Part shown: in pieces, positions 1-9,510 of the stretch | Layout: each line of letters opens with the position of its first letter | How positions within the stretch are numbered: the first letter of the stretch is position 1 | Source of the DNA: Nannocystis bainbridge | Lineage (GTDB): Bacteria > Myxococcota_A > Polyangia > Nannocystales > Nannocystaceae | Assembly (NCBI RefSeq): GCF_028368995.1 | Contig: NZ_JAQNDL010000001.1 | Span: forward strand, 2,528,001 to 2,592,000 | DNA: 64,000 bases | Direction of reading: 5' to 3' | Notes under the pieces: model-generated | What the model was told of the DNA's origin: nothing | Database searches by the model: none | Seen by the model: the letters and a program-made list of their open reading frames with translations, nothing else | Position numbers and translations under genes: made by a program

Positions 1-104
1 CGAACGCCCCCCTCCCCGCGCCGCTTACAGCCCGGCCCCTCCGTGAAGATCGTCACGCCTCCGGCCCCCGGGTCGCGAGCGCCCGCGCGCTACCCTTCGC
101 AGCC

Positions 105-1475
105 GTGCCGCTCCGCCGCTCCGCCCTCGCTGTCGCGCTCGCCTTCGGCCTGTCTCTCGGGACAGCTTGCAAGGGCCGCCCGTCCGCCGGGCCCGATCCC
201 GGCGCCGCGCAGGTCGCCATGGGCTCGTGGCCGGAGTGGCTCGCGCTGACCCCGCTGGTCGACGCCGCCCGCTCGCACGCCGGCCCCACCACCGTCACCG
301 CGCTCGAGAAGGCCAGCAAGCTGCTGCGCGACGGCAAGGCCCGCAGCGCCGACGACGTGCTCGCCGCCCTGGCCGACAGCGAGGGCCGCCACTGGATCAC
401 CGTCGCCCGCGCCGACCTGGCCGCGCTCTACTTCACCGTGTGCATCCGCGGCGTCGCCTGGCGGCTCGTCGACCTCGACATCAAGACCCCGCCGACGCGC
501 AAGAGCGACTACAGCGAGGACACCAAGCTCGGCCCCGGCGACATCGCGGTCGAGGCGATGCTGACCAACCTCGACGCGGCGCTCACGGCCAAGGAGCCGA
601 TCCTCCAGACCCAGGCGCGGATCGCCCGCGCGCGCGCGACCGCCTACGTGGCGCGCTGCCCGGCCTCGAAGGAGGTCGCCGAGATGGCCCAGGGCATCCT
701 CAAGGGCGACCTCGCGGCGCTCGCCGCCGAGAACCACCTCACCCCCGACCTCGCGTTCCTGTGGGCCGGCGTGCAGATGGGCGAGTACTCCGGCGCCGCC
801 GCCAAGCCGTTCCTGCTGCTCGCTCGCGAGGGCGGCTACGACGAGCCGACGATCGCCACCATGCTGGCCGTCATCGCCCTCGAGCAGCGCGAGTTCGCGG
901 CCGCCGACAAGCACGCCGCCGAGGCCGAGGCCAACTACAAGAAGCTCGGCGACGTCGACCAGCAGGCCCAGGCGCTGTTCCTCCGCGGCGAGGTCGCGCG
1001 CAACAAGGGCGACCTCAAGGCCGCGCGCGGCTTCTACGAGGCCGCGCGCAAGCTCGACGGCGCCCACCTGCCGTCGCTGCTCGGGCTCACGCGCATGACC
1101 CTCGCCGCCGACGGCCAGAGCGCGGCGATCCGCCAGCTCCAGGCCGCCTTCCCGTCGATCCTCCTCGAGGGCCCGCTCGTCACCGACAAGCTCGAGCGCG
1201 CGCTCGACAACCTCGAGGCCTACGTCACCCTGCCGGCCGAGAACGACCTCATCACCGTGTGCCGCGACGCCCTCCTCGTCGACGTCGAGCTCGAGAAGGA
1301 CCTCATGCGCCGCGGCCTGCGCTACTTCTTCGCCGCGACCATGGACGCCCGCCTGGCCGAGTACGACCACGCCCGCTCGCACGCGGTGCTCGCCCGCGAC
1401 GAGTTCGAGGGCGCCAAGATCCCGCCGCCGATCGACATCAACGCCTTCATCGAGCGGCTCGACCGCGTGCACTGA
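105..1475 (+). CDS. TPR-repeat lipoprotein
   Basis: GC3-rich codons; signal peptide with lipobox LGTA-C; C-terminal helical TPR-like repeats (QAQALFLRGEVARNKGDLKAARGFYEAA). Confidence 0.75.
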   Translation: MPLRRSALAVALAFGLSLGTACKGRPSAGPDPGAAQVAMGSWPEWLALTPLVDAARSHAGPTTVTALEKASKLLRDGKARSADDVLAALADSEGRHWITVARADLAALYFTVCIRGVAWRLVDLDIKTPPTRKSDYSEDTKLGPGDIAVEAMLTNLDAALTAKEPILQTQARIARARATAYVARCPASKEVAEMAQGILKGDLAALAAENHLTPDLAFLWAGVQMGEYSGAAAKPFLLLAREGGYDEPTIATMLAVIALEQREFAAADKHAAEAEANYKKLGDVDQQAQALFLRGEVARNKGDLKAARGFYEAARKLDGAHLPSLLGLTRMTLAADGQSAAIRQLQAAFPSILLEGPLVTDKLERALDNLEAYVTLPAENDLITVCRDALLVDVELEKDLMRRGLRYFFAATMDARLAEYDHARSHAVLARDEFEGAKIPPPIDINAFIERLDRVH

Positions 1476-1514
1476 CGGGAATGCGCCGCCGGGATCGTGT
1501 GTAACCCTCGGCAT

Positions 1515-2090
1515 ATGCGAACACCCGCGGCCGTCCTCTCGCTCACCCTCCTCGCCGCTTGCGGCGGAGATGACGACGAACCCTTCGTCCAGCCCGAGGT
1601 CCTCACCGACCAGAGCGGCGCGGTGTTCGGCTGGGAGTGCGACGAAGCCATGAAGTGCCGGCTGAGCCGGCTGGAGGACTCGCCGCCGGCCCCGGTCGAG
1701 GACTGCGGGCCGGAGCTCGAGCCCACCTTCAGCTATTCGTGGGGCCACCTGATCGAGCTGTCGGCGGTGTGCGCCGACTCGAAAGGCTGGGTCAGCTTCC
1801 CGCGGCTCGGCCGACTCGTCGTCTGCGAGGCCGACGGCGACTGCCCCGTCATCGGCAACGACGCCTACGAATGCAACGCCGGCTATTGCAAGAACTCCGC
1901 CCAGGCCGAGTTGTTCGACGACCTGCCCAATCGCTGGGCGATGGAGCAGATCTGCCTCGGCGACACCCCGCGTTACGAGCCCTACGAGGCCTCGCCCGAG
2001 CTCGCCGCCGCGATCGACGAGGCCTGCCCTGGCGGGTCCGACGACCCGTGCCTCAGCCTGCCCGCGGGCTGCCGCGACCCACGGGGCTGA
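1515..2090 (+). CDS. Cys-rich lipoprotein, unknown function
   Basis: ATG 1515, lipobox LLAA-C, many Cys; paralogue of the next gene (shared LTDQSGAVFGWxC, VCEADxDCP, CxSLPxGCxDxRG). Confidence 0.75.
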   Translation: MRTPAAVLSLTLLAACGGDDDEPFVQPEVLTDQSGAVFGWECDEAMKCRLSRLEDSPPAPVEDCGPELEPTFSYSWGHLIELSAVCADSKGWVSFPRLGRLVVCEADGDCPVIGNDAYECNAGYCKNSAQAELFDDLPNRWAMEQICLGDTPRYEPYEASPELAAAIDEACPGGSDDPCLSLPAGCRDPRG

Positions 2091-2163
2091 AGGCGCTCGC
2101 CCGCTGATTCCCGGCGCCCCGGCGCCCGCCTGCACCTCGCCGCGCCCGTGTTAGGATGCGGCC

Positions 2164-2757
2164 ATGCGACGTCTCGCGGTCCTCCCGCTGCTCGCGGCCG
2201 CCTGCATCATCGGCGAAGATCCGGTCGAGGAGCTCAACCCGAAGCGGCTCACCGATCAGAGCGGCGCCGTGTTCGGCTGGGACTGCACGCAATACACCGG
2301 CTGCGAGGTGCGGCGGATCTCCGGCTCCGCCCCCTTGCCCGCTTGCGACCGCGACTACGATCCCTGGTACGGCTACTCGTGGTCGCGCTTCATCTCGATC
2401 GACGGCGCCTGCGTGATCCCGGGCGGCTACGGCGCGTAGGAGTTCGTCGACGAGTGGAGCCGCATGATCGTGTGCGAGGCCGACACCGACTGTCCGCAGC
2501 TCAACTTCTTCGTCGAGCCCGACGCGTTCGAGTGCCGCGCCGGCTACTGTCAGAGCACCAACCTCGCCGCCTATCCGGTCAACGAGCTGCCGCGCCGCTT
2601 CGAGATGATCGACCTGTGCCTCGGCGACGTCGCCCGCGAGGACGGCTGGGACGAGGACGAGACCTTCTGGGCCGCCCTCGACGAGGCCTGCCCGGCCGAC
2701 GACCCGCGCGAGCCCTGCGTGTCGCTGCCGCCCGGCTGCCCCGACACCCGCGGGTGA
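2164..2757 (+). pseudogene. Cys-rich lipoprotein paralogue interrupted by in-frame TAG at 2437-2439
   Basis: ORFs 2164-2439 and 2464-2757 are in the same frame and together align end to end with 1515-2090; the TAG falls near where the paralogue has Trp (GWVSF vs GA*EFV). Confidence 0.7.
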
Positions 2758-2773
2758 GGACCGCCGGCGGGCG

Positions 2774-2843
2774 TGCCCGAACGAACATGCTCGAACGGAC
2801 ATGCCCCAGCGCGCATGTCCCGATGAACATGCTGCGAAGGACA
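2774..2843. repeat. Tiled array of five 14-bp TGYC-N6-RRCA palindromes
   Basis: tgcccgaacgaaca/tgctcgaacggaca/tgccccagcgcgca/tgtcccgatgaaca/tgctgcgaaggaca; CATG junctions at 2786, 2800, 2814, 2828; between convergent genes. Confidence 0.85.
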
Positions 2844-2862
2844 GGCTCGGCTCGCCCGCGGC

Positions 2863-3696
2863 TCAGGCGATGAGGCCCGAGCGCGCGTCTTCGGGCAGGT
2901 GCTCGAGCGCCGACGACAGCTGCTCGTGCACCGCCGCCGCGATCTTCTTGAGCAGCGCCTGCGCCTGATCCTTGTTGCCGCCGGCGTCGATGAACGCGTC
3001 GTACTCCACGCGGGCGAACTCCAGCATCACCACCGGACCTGGCTGAAGGGACAGCAGCGGCCACGAGTAGCGCTCGACCGAGTGCTCGGCGTTGGGCGAC
3101 AGCCGCCAGCGGTTGGCCAGCATGAAGCGGTCGTGGCCCTCGAGCGCCGCGGCCAGCGGCCCGCCGAGCTTGGCGATCACCGCGTCGCGGCTGGTCAGCA
3201 GCCGGTGCTGCAGCTTGAACGCCTCGAGCCGCTCGCGGCGGTCGTGCGGCGGGTAGCGCGGGTCGTCGCGGCGGAACGCCAGCCACGACAGGAACTCGTG
3301 GTTGTGGCGCCACGCCAGCCGCTGCGCCTCGATCTCGGCCACCAGCTTGGCGATGCGGTTCGAGTGGCGCCGCTTCAGCGACACGCCGGTCTCCGTCATC
3401 ATCTCGCGGATCTCCCGCGAGAACAGCGACAGCGAGGTGTGGCTGCGGGCCTCGTCGATCGCCTCGAGCGCCAGCCCGACGCCGAGGCCGACGTGGGCCG
3501 CGATCTGGATCGTCGTCACCACGATCCGCTCGTACAGGATCGGCATCACCTGCTTGAGCTCGTCCTGCGCGACCGTGCGCGCCTTCTCCAGCGCCTCCTG
3601 CTTGGCCGCGGTCAAGCTGCGGCGGAGCTCCGCCACAGTGGGGTCGTACGCCGGATTGTCCGCGTGCGCGAGGAAGACTTCCTTCGCAGGAGCCAT
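2863..3696 (-). CDS. hypothetical alpha-helical protein
   Basis: 277-aa ORF with typical codon bias and normal composition; no recognised motif. Confidence 0.75.
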   Translation of the reverse strand: MAPAKEVFLAHADNPAYDPTVAELRRSLTAAKQEALEKARTVAQDELKQVMPILYERIVVTTIQIAAHVGLGVGLALEAIDEARSHTSLSLFSREIREMMTETGVSLKRRHSNRIAKLVAEIEAQRLAWRHNHEFLSWLAFRRDDPRYPPHDRRERLEAFKLQHRLLTSRDAVIAKLGGPLAAALEGHDRFMLANRWRLSPNAEHSVERYSWPLLSLQPGPVVMLEFARVEYDAFIDAGGNKDQAQALLKKIAAAVHEQLSSALEHLPEDARSGLIA

Positions 3697-3929
3697 GGGG
3701 CGCTAACAGTAAGCAACATCGCCCCGCCTGGCTATTACTTGGCGAGATCCGGCACGGATCACGGGCTGACGATGTTGCGGGCGTCCGCGCGCGGGCTCGC
3801 CCGGCCCGGGCGCCTCCCGCGGCGCTTCCGACTGTGTAAGGATGCCGCGCTGCCCTGCGTTTCCGGGGCCAGCGCCGGGCGAGACCACCCCCACCCCAGG
3901 GACGTTCCCCGCCCCGCCGGAGCCACCCA

Positions 3930-6900
3930 ATGCCGCACGCGCGACGCCTCCTCTGTTCGACCCTGTCCCTCGCGCTCGTCACCGCCTGCAACCCGCCGGC
4001 GCCAGCCGCCACCGAGGGCCCTGTCGGCCCCGGAGGTACCCCCGTCGCCCCGGCAGACCCCAAGGGCGAGCCCGTCGCCGAGCTCGTCAACGTCTCCGGA
4101 CCGACCGGCGCCCGCACCGAGGACCTGCCCGAAGGGACATTCCTCGGCCCCGGCGCCAAGCTGCGCGCCGGCCAGGTCCTCGTCGTCCCGCGCGGCACCA
4201 TCGTCGAGCTCCGCCTCGACGGCGGCACTGTGCTGCGGATCAACGAGGACACGCGCCTCACCCTCCCCGACGGCCCCCACGCCCGCGCCGTCAGCCTCGA
4301 CCGCGGCGAGCTCGTCGCCATCGTCGCCGCCGACCAGCCCCCGCTGGCCCTGCGCGCCGGCGCCGACACCCTCGACGTCTCGTCCGGCGAGGCCCGCGTG
4401 CTCGCCCGCGGCGACCATCACAGCTACGACGTGGTCTATGGGTCCGCCCGCCTGCGCACCGCCGGCCAGGACGTCCCGCTCGGCCCTGGCGCCCACGTCG
4501 ACACCCCGCTCGCCCCGCAGCAGCCGGTCCAGCCCGAGATCAGCATGCGCCCGCTCGAGGACACCGCCTGGTCGCGCGCCTTCGAGGTCGCCGCGCGCAT
4601 GGCCGACTCCGTGCCCGCCGGCGTCGGCAGCTTGACCGCGCGCCGGGCCGGCACCCAGACCGAGCTTTACAAGCTCGCGCTCGTCGATCAAAAGGTGAAC
4701 GTCGCCATCTCCGGCCGGATCGCCCGCACCGAGATCGAGCAGACGTTTTACAACGAGGCCGCGGAGGTGCTCGAGGGCACCTACCGGTTCCCGCTGCCGG
4801 CCGACGCCTCGATCTCCGGCCTCCAGTTGCTCGTCGGCAACACCTGGATGACCGCCGAGATGCTGGAGAAGGAGCGCGCCCGCGAGATCTTCCGCCAGAT
4901 CGTCGACGCCACCATCCCGCGCGACCCGGCCCTGCTCGAGTGGGAGCGCGGCAACATCTTCAAGCTCAAGATCTTCCCGATCCCCGGCCGTGGCGAGCGC
5001 AAGATCCGTCTCAGCTACACCCAGGTGCTCCCGGTCGTCGGCGACGACCTGCGCTACCGCTACCCGATGACCGGCGCCAGCAGCGGCGCCAGCGGCACCG
5101 AGATCGAGAACTTCGCCTTCTCGATCGCCGTCGACAAGTCCGAGCTGCCCGCCACCGGCGAGCTCGTCACGCCGATGGCCGCGCTGCAGCGGCGCGACCT
5201 CGGCGATCGCGTCGAGCTGACCACCAAGTCGCAGCGGTTCCGCCCCGTCCACGACCTCGGCGTCGACATCCCGCTGCCCGCGGGCGAGCGTCGCGTCCAC
5301 ACCGAGACCCACCTCGACCGCGACGGCCAGGCCTACTTCATGCTGGCCTTCAAGCCCGACCTCAAGCTCGCCGCCAGCGATCGCCCGCGCCACGTCGCCT
5401 TCGTCCTCGACCGCAGCCACAGCACCACCCCCGACCTGTGGACCGTCGCGCGCAGCCTCGTGCAGTCGACCGCCGCCACCTTGCGCGACGGCGACCGCAT
5501 GACCGTGCTCGCCTGCGACGCCGCCTGCGACGTCGCCCCCGGCGGCCTCGGCCCGGCGACTGGCGCTCACCTCGCCGACGCCGAGCGCTTCCTCGACACC
5601 CAGACCCTCGCCGGCGCCAGCGACATCGGCGGCATGATGCGCGCCGCCGCCGGGGCCCTCGGCTCCGCCTCGGCTGACCCAAGGGCCAGCCAGGCCGAGC
5701 GCGTCATCATCTACCTCGGCGACGGCAGCCCCAGCGCCGGCGCCCTCGCCCCCGACGAGCTGCTCCGCGACGTCGAGCGCCCGCTGCAGGGCACCCGCGT
5801 CCAGGCCGTCGCGCTCGGCGCCCGCTCCGACCTCACCGTCCTGGCCGCGCTCGCGCGCAAGACCGGCGGCGACCTCCTGCGCGCCGACGCCAAGGACGAC
5901 CTCCGCGGCCTCGCGCGCGAGCTCGGCGTGCGCGCGGCCCTCCCGGTCGCCCGCAACGTCGACCTCTCTCTGCCGCAGGGCATGGTCTACGCCCACCCCG
6001 AGCAGATCGCCGGCATCCGCCCCGGTGAGACCATCACCCTCGTCGGCAAGCTCAGCCAGCCCGTCCACGGCCCGCTGACGATCCAGGCCACCGGTCCCGA
6101 CGGACATGTCGTTTCGGACAGCATCCAGGTCGACCTCGAGGCCGTGCCGGGCCCCGACGCCTCGCGCCGGGCCCACCTCCCGCGCACCTGGGCGCGCGAG
6201 GAGATCGAGGCCCTCACCGCCGATCGCGGTCACGCCGCGCGGGCCGAGATCATCGACCTCTCGCGCCAGTACACCGTGCTGTCGCGCTACACCGCGCTGC
6301 TCGTGCTCGAGAACGACGCCATGTTCCGCGAGTTCAACGTCGTGCGTCAGTCCGGGCGCACCACCGGCTGGAACGGCGCGATCGAGCCTGGCAAGGCCGA
6401 CCCCAAGGCTCCGGCCGGCGGCGTCCCGGTGACCACCGCGCCCGCCCCCGCCCCCGTGCAACCTGCTCCGAAGGACAGCTCGCGCGCCGAGGCCCCGCCC
6501 GCAGCCGAGCCCGCCCCGCCGCCGGCCCCCTCGCCGACGCCTGACACCGCCGCCGCCTCGCGCCCCGGCCGGGGCAAGGCCGCCGAGGAGGCTCTCGACG
6601 ACGCTCTGGCCGACGCCGGCGAGAGCCGCCGCACCCGCGACAACGCCGAGAGCCAGGTCAGCGAGGCCGAGGCCCCGATCGATCTCGAAGAGGACGCTCC
6701 CGCCACCGAGAAGGCCGCCTCCACCAGGCCTCCGGCCCCCGCCCCCTCCCCCGCCAAGAAGGAGGCCGCCAAGACCAAGGGCGACGCCGCCGACAGCTGG
6801 GACGGCGACATGATCGCCGGCGGCGCCCTCGGTAGCGGCAAGGGTTACGGCCCGCGCCCGCGTGCGCCCAAACCTGTCTGGAAGGTCAGCCCCGGCGTCG

Positions 6901-7769
6901 CGCCCACCGCCGCCACCCTCGCCAAGATCGACGCCTTGCGCCGCAGCGTCGACGCCGACCCGACCAGCCGCTCCGCTCACCGCAAGTTGGTCCAGGCGGC
7001 CATCCGCGCCGGGGCCACCGACGCCTTCACCTACGCCCGCGCCTGGGCCGAGTCCGACCCCGACCACGCGCCCGCGCTGATGGCCGTCGCCGACCTGCTG
7101 GCCGCTCGCTCCGACCCCGCGGCCGCCCGCGCCTACGCCTCCGCCGCCGAGGTCAAGCCGTTCGACCGCACCATCCACCAGCAGCTCGCCCAGGCCTTCG
7201 CCAGCAAGGGCGACCTCGCCCGCAGCTGCGCCCACCGCCGCGCCCTCGTCAGCATCGACCCGGCGCGCTCGACCTACCGCGTCGAGCTCGCACGCTGCCT
7301 CTCGGGACAGGGTCAAACGGACATGGCCCGAGAGACACTCAACGCCGCCACCGCGCGCTCGACCGACCTCACCCGCGCCCTGCGCGACCTCGACCTCGGG
7401 ACCCTGCGGCCGCACGCGCCCGACCTGCCGGGCGGCGGCGACCTGCGGGCCACCCTCACGTTCACCGGCGCCGGCGACGTCGACATCGCCGTCGTCGACG
7501 CCGCCGGCCGCCGCCTCAGCGCCCTCCGCCCCGCCGACATCCTCGTCGGCGAGGGTCCGGGCGCCGAGGAGCTGCACTACCGCACCGTGCGCAAGACCCT
7601 CGCCATCGAGGTCTCGCGGATCTCCGGCCAGGGCCCCGTCACCGGCCAGCTCACCGTGTGGACCCCGAGCGTCAGCCGCACCTACCCCTTCACCCTCGAC
7701 CAGGGCAGCTTGCGCCTCGCCACCGTCGGCTACAGCCTCGATCACGGCCGCGCGTACTACTCCGAATGA
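3930..7769 (+). CDS. FecR-like / VIT / vWA / TPR multidomain lipoprotein
   Basis: lipobox LVTA-C; FecR-like LRLDGGTVLRINEDT; VIT-like ARTEIEQTFYN..LEGTYRFPLP; vWA MIDAS FVLDRSHS and IYLGDG; Pro/Ala linker; TPR-like tail. Confidence 0.85.
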   Translation: MPHARRLLCSTLSLALVTACNPPAPAATEGPVGPGGTPVAPADPKGEPVAELVNVSGPTGARTEDLPEGTFLGPGAKLRAGQVLVVPRGTIVELRLDGGTVLRINEDTRLTLPDGPHARAVSLDRGELVAIVAADQPPLALRAGADTLDVSSGEARVLARGDHHSYDVVYGSARLRTAGQDVPLGPGAHVDTPLAPQQPVQPEISMRPLEDTAWSRAFEVAARMADSVPAGVGSLTARRAGTQTELYKLALVDQKVNVAISGRIARTEIEQTFYNEAAEVLEGTYRFPLPADASISGLQLLVGNTWMTAEMLEKERAREIFRQIVDATIPRDPALLEWERGNIFKLKIFPIPGRGERKIRLSYTQVLPVVGDDLRYRYPMTGASSGASGTEIENFAFSIAVDKSELPATGELVTPMAALQRRDLGDRVELTTKSQRFRPVHDLGVDIPLPAGERRVHTETHLDRDGQAYFMLAFKPDLKLAASDRPRHVAFVLDRSHSTTPDLWTVARSLVQSTAATLRDGDRMTVLACDAACDVAPGGLGPATGAHLADAERFLDTQTLAGASDIGGMMRAAAGALGSASADPRASQAERVIIYLGDGSPSAGALAPDELLRDVERPLQGTRVQAVALGARSDLTVLAALARKTGGDLLRADAKDDLRGLARELGVRAALPVARNVDLSLPQGMVYAHPEQIAGIRPGETITLVGKLSQPVHGPLTIQATGPDGHVVSDSIQVDLEAVPGPDASRRAHLPRTWAREEIEALTADRGHAARAEIIDLSRQYTVLSRYTALLVLENDAMFREFNVVRQSGRTTGWNGAIEPGKADPKAPAGGVPVTTAPAPAPVQPAPKDSSRAEAPPAAEPAPPPAPSPTPDTAAASRPGRGKAAEEALDDALADAGESRRTRDNAESQVSEAEAPIDLEEDAPATEKAASTRPPAPAPSPAKKEAAKTKGDAADSWDGDMIAGGALGSGKGYGPRPRAPKPVWKVSPGVAPTAATLAKIDALRRSVDADPTSRSAHRKLVQAAIRAGATDAFTYARAWAESDPDHAPALMAVADLLAARSDPAAARAYASAAEVKPFDRTIHQQLAQAFASKGDLARSCAHRRALVSIDPARSTYRVELARCLSGQGQTDMARETLNAATARSTDLTRALRDLDLGTLRPHAPDLPGGGDLRATLTFTGAGDVDIAVVDAAGRRLSALRPADILVGEGPGAEELHYRTVRKTLAIEVSRISGQGPVTGQLTVWTPSVSRTYPFTLDQGSLRLATVGYSLDHGRAYYSE

Positions 7770-8722
7770 CGCCCGCCCGCTCCCTCGTGCTCGCTCGCCT
7801 CGCCACCGTCCTCGTCCTCGCCGCCGGCCTCGCCGGTTGCAAGGCCGGGGCGCGCGCCGGCGCGGCGCCTGCCGTGGTGCTCGACCCTTCGGGCTCCGAG
7901 CCCACGGCGATCAGTGACCTGCCGATCTTGCGGCAGAAGGCGGCGATGGGCCTGGTCGACGTCGTGCGCGCCGAGCTCGTGCCGCGCCTCGCCGAGGCCG
8001 CCGACGCCGGCCCCGATCCCGGGCGCGACGCCCTCCGCGCCCTCGCCATCGAGCTCGCGCTGCGACAGGACGACCAGCCCGCCGCGCTCGAGCAACTGCA
8101 GCGGCTGGCCCGCGACCTCGACCGCCTCGGCCCGAGCGCCAGCGGGGCCGAGCGAGCCCGCTGGCACATCCTCCACGGCGCCCTGCTGAGCGCCCAGCAG
8201 CGCTACGCCGAGGCGCGCGGGCAGAACCTCGAGGCCCTCGGCGCCCTCGATCTCACGCGCGATCCCGGCCTCGCCGGCGACGCCTTCCGCGGCCTCGCCC
8301 GCCAGCAGCTCGGCCTCGGTCAGCCCGACAAGGCGCTCGAGTCGGTGCGCCGCGCCATGGCTGTCCACAAGGACAGCCTCGCCGTGTTCGAGGACGGCGT
8401 GCTCGCCGTCGACATCCTGATCGCCGTCGACCAGCCGATCGAGGCCGTCATCGCCGCCGGCAAGCTCTACGACGACGCGATCGCCGACGTCGGCCCCGAC
8501 ACCCTCGCCCACGCCGAGGCCCTCGCCGCCGCCGCGTCCGCCACCTTCGCCTCCGGCGACCTCGACGCCTCGATCAGCTTCCTCACCGACGCCCGCAAGA
8601 TCTGGCGCGAGCTCCAGGCCGCCCGCAGCGACCCCAGCCTGCCGCTCAGCGCCCGGCTCGAGCGCCGCCTCGGCGAGCTCGACGCTGTCACGCGCCGCGC
8701 CTCCACCGGCACGGCCCCGTAG
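7766..8722 (+). CDS. TPR-like lipoprotein, coupled to the VIT-vWA gene
   Basis: ATGA overlap at 7766-7769; lipobox LAG-C; helical repeats. Confidence 0.75.
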   Translation: MTPARSLVLARLATVLVLAAGLAGCKAGARAGAAPAVVLDPSGSEPTAISDLPILRQKAAMGLVDVVRAELVPRLAEAADAGPDPGRDALRALAIELALRQDDQPAALEQLQRLARDLDRLGPSASGAERARWHILHGALLSAQQRYAEARGQNLEALGALDLTRDPGLAGDAFRGLARQQLGLGQPDKALESVRRAMAVHKDSLAVFEDGVLAVDILIAVDQPIEAVIAAGKLYDDAIADVGPDTLAHAEALAAAASATFASGDLDASISFLTDARKIWRELQAARSDPSLPLSARLERRLGELDAVTRRASTGTAP

Positions 8723-8739
8723 CAGCGCACCTCGCCGCC

Positions 8740-9246
8740 TGTCCCGAAGGACAGCATGACGAGCACGAGCCTCACGCCCGCGCTCGCCTCACCTGTCCCC
8801 GCGGACATCCGCCGCTCCGCGACGAGCCCTGTCGCTCTGCGTGCTCCGGCCCAACGGCTCGCCTCGCTGTCCTCGAGGCCGCATGGGTCTCGGCTGGGCT
8901 CGCAACGCCGCTCGCGCTCTGTCTCCTTCGCCCCCCACGGGTGGGCCTCGCTTCGCTACCTGTCCTCGAGGCCAGCTCACCCTTCCGCATCTGTGTCGTC
9001 CGCGACTGGGCGCTCGCCCGCGACTTTTCCGCCTGTCTACAAGGACAGCCCAGATCGCCTCCGAATCACCTGTCCCTTCGGACATCTCATCTATTCCCCC
9101 CTCACCGGCCTCTGCAGCCGTCCTCGGCTCCACCGCCGCGCGCGCCGCGATCCGTCTCCCATTTCATCTGTCCCCGAGGACACATCATTTTTCTCCCGGT
9201 TCTCGGCTCCCCGCGGTCGCCGCCGCATCACATGTCCCGAGGGACA
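8740..9246. repeat. Cluster of six isolated perfect TGTC-N6-GACA sites in a long intergenic region
   Basis: sites start at 8740, 8794, 9034, 9071, 9169, 9233; degenerate copies near 8868 and 8961. Confidence 0.85.
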
Positions 9247-9510
9247 GCTCAGCCCGCGCCATTTTGACCCCGGGCGTGGCCGCGCGACCAGGCTTATTGG
9301 ACAGGCGTGTAACAACCGCAGGCGGTGACCGAGGTCACTCGTGTGGCTGCGTCCGCGTGACGCTTCGGTGACGAATTCGGGGCTACGCGGGCGACGTCGC
9401 GGGAATAAAGGCCGACCGTGGATCCTGGCCCTCAGGGGATCCCCCGACGAAGGAGCGCTTCGGCCGTGGACTTGAGCCTTGGTGCGCCTGCGGGTACCTT
9501 GCCGCGAATC

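Noticed and set aside
2437-2439. Pyrrolysine recoding of the TAG
   Set aside because: No pyl genes or tRNA in the window, and the position matches Trp in the paralogue, so TGG-to-TAG is simpler
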